From Utricularia gibba (taxonomy: Eukaryota > Plantae > Magnoliophyta), in contig NEEC01000011.1 of NCBI GenBank assembly GCA_002189035.1, positions 682,001 through 746,000 on the forward strand: a stretch of DNA of 64,000 bases. The letters are read 5' to 3'. The position numbers and the translations under genes were made by a program. The notes below the pieces were generated by a model. The model was not told the origin of the DNA. It did not search any database and was given only the letters and a program-made list of their open reading frames with translations. This document shows, in pieces, positions 62,041-64,000 of this stretch (positions are counted from its first letter, which is position 1; the number at the start of each line of letters is the position of its first letter).

Positions 62041-62617
62041 TGTACTGTAGTATTCTAAATCAATGTGCATCAAAAGGCATATTGTTTTTCTTGTGTTGTT
62101 GTAGGTACAGAGGTCTCGTAAAAGCATGCATGATAACACACATTTTTTAGTAATTGAGTATAGAGAAATGACCCATATTATGCAACATATCATAAGTTTT
62201 ATTGCCTATTTCTACGTTTTGGTGTATAGTATCATAGTTGTACTTTTTATTTCTAGTTGGCACTAAATCTACAATTTAGTCCCAACCTTAGTTCTAATAG
62301 TTTTCTTTAAGCAATGCAGCACATGTCAAGAACCCAAATTCCAAGAAGCCATATATGAATAATAAAGTGATAGAGGATGAGACAAAAGGCGGAAAAAGGC
62401 TGAAATGAAGGACACAAAATCCAAGAAGAGGAAAAAGGAGGATTTTGGACATGAGAAAAGATGGAGAGAGAAAAGGGGGAAGACTAACCAGGAACGAAGC
62501 TGATATTTGAAGACCATCTTTTGTTTACAAAGAATATAACTCTCAACTAAGAGTAGCTAGTGAAAGTTTTAGTTTTCTATTGAACTTTTTAAATTCCTTG
62601 CTTGTTTAATGTCTTGT

Positions 62618-62800
62618 TGATAGCACACAAATTTTCATGTTTTTAGAATATGAAAATCATGAGTTTTTAATTATGTTTAGTTGTTTAGGTTCTAGTTTTA
62701 AGTATTTTTATATATAATTTCGGAAAATGTGATTTTTGGTGTTTTAGTGGGCTAAATCACTTGATTTAGCCCACCCATGTGCTAACCGATAATTGGAGAA
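62618..62800 (+). mobile_element. Athila LTR 5' fragment (about 180 bp)
   Basis: TGATAGCACACAAATTTTCATG... colinear with 28831-29010. Confidence 0.88.
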
Positions 62801-63289
62801 TTTCTTCACAAAATATTTCAATGGTAAGTATATTTTTAAATAGAATACATTTGTTATTGGTGAAGTGCATTTTAATACTTTCAATTTCCATTAATGGAAA
62901 AAAACCCAAAATATTGAAGTGATTTTATTGATGAGTACATATTATATGATTCTGTCGTAAAGTCTACTATCCAATAGAGTATTACAATATGGATTCTATA
63001 ATGGAGAGATCATCAACAATGTCCTTCTAGAAAAATTTTCACTATGGATGTATTTTATTTTATATTGCTTATTAGAATTTTATGTTTGAATCATTGGATG
63101 GATTTTTTTAATAATTGAAATCTAAGCATTAATACAATTGGCTTAGTACAATAGTACTACATGTACTTATATTTTAGGGACTCGTAATGCTCTGAATGCT
63201 CATCTCCTTTTGCAATTGGAGATTTCCCATGTCGAAATGTTTCCACATAGCTACATACATCATCCACTTCATATAACCCTTCCAAGAAT

Positions 63290-63800
63290 AATCAAAGGTA
63301 TCTATCACTCGGTAGTGCATTTTCGTCCCTTGGCATAATGCTGTAAGTTAAGGAAAATATTGCATTGTTTACCTATGAAAGAGTTAGCACACATAGATTC
63401 TATAGTAGCTACGTGCAATGATAAACACATTGCCAAATTTAGAAGTGACTTTTATCGTGAATCATCGATCAACAATGTATTACTAGTGTTATAACAATAG
63501 TTGAAGGTTGTATCATCATCCCAAATATATCACAAATCCTTAAATTTAAAAGTGTTAAAGCTCATACCAATGGATATTCCTATGTCAGTACACTTACTTA
63601 TACCCCAACAAAGTGCTATCTCTACAATGGCAACCCGCAAGGATGAAGTTGACTATTTTATTTATAAGTCCACTATAAATCAAAATAGTGATTAGTAGTT
63701 AAAATACACCAATGAATTGTTATTCGGTAAACTTATTCTTTTATCGTGAGGATCAAATGGCCATGTCAAACATTTCCATGTGCAAAGTTATAAATTCACT
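63290..63800 (+). pseudogene. Possible Helitron Pif1-helicase remnant
   Basis: HKSLNLKV and LYNG.. in the spacing expected for HxLxLKVG...LCNGTRL. Very degenerate. Confidence 0.25.
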
Positions 63801-64000
63801 ACAATTTGATCTCCTCCTTGTAAACATCATGATCTACTGTATGTTGTCCTTCTACCTGATGTTCTGCAAGATGATTCTGCACTATTCTTATTCTAAGGGG
63901 AGTGCCACATGAAATGCGTACTGCATCTCGGACATTCGAAGTTGGTGGTTAAATATCTCTCCATCTCATGACTTTTGCTATTAGTAATACCCCAAGACAT

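Overview
AT-rich plant nuclear DNA that reads as a nested transposon graveyard. I found no intact host protein-coding gene and no intact autonomous element. It contains: (i) one Athila-type Ty3/gypsy family seen as six LTR copies or fragments and two degenerate internal regions (gag-PR-RT, integrase, env-like/ATHILA ORF); (ii) two Tat/Retand-type Ty3/gypsy elements with the extra archaeal-type RNase H, plus a related solo LTR; the first element also carries a decayed, apparently intron-containing antisense gene; (iii) a chromovirus-type pol remnant, copia remnants, several solo LTRs with 5-bp TSDs and a probable decayed Cassandra TRIM; (iv) hAT, MuDR and weak PMD/Helitron remnants; (v) two old plastid-derived insertions (trnV-trnM-atpE and an rrn23 fragment). 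The best leads are the candidate spliced antisense gene, a covarying hairpin in the Athila LTR, a 1.4-kb TSD-flanked insertion with a PBS 20 bp from its end, and several clear DNA-repair scars. All family assignments come from motif recognition by eye, with no database search. I cannot support a wholly new biological system here.
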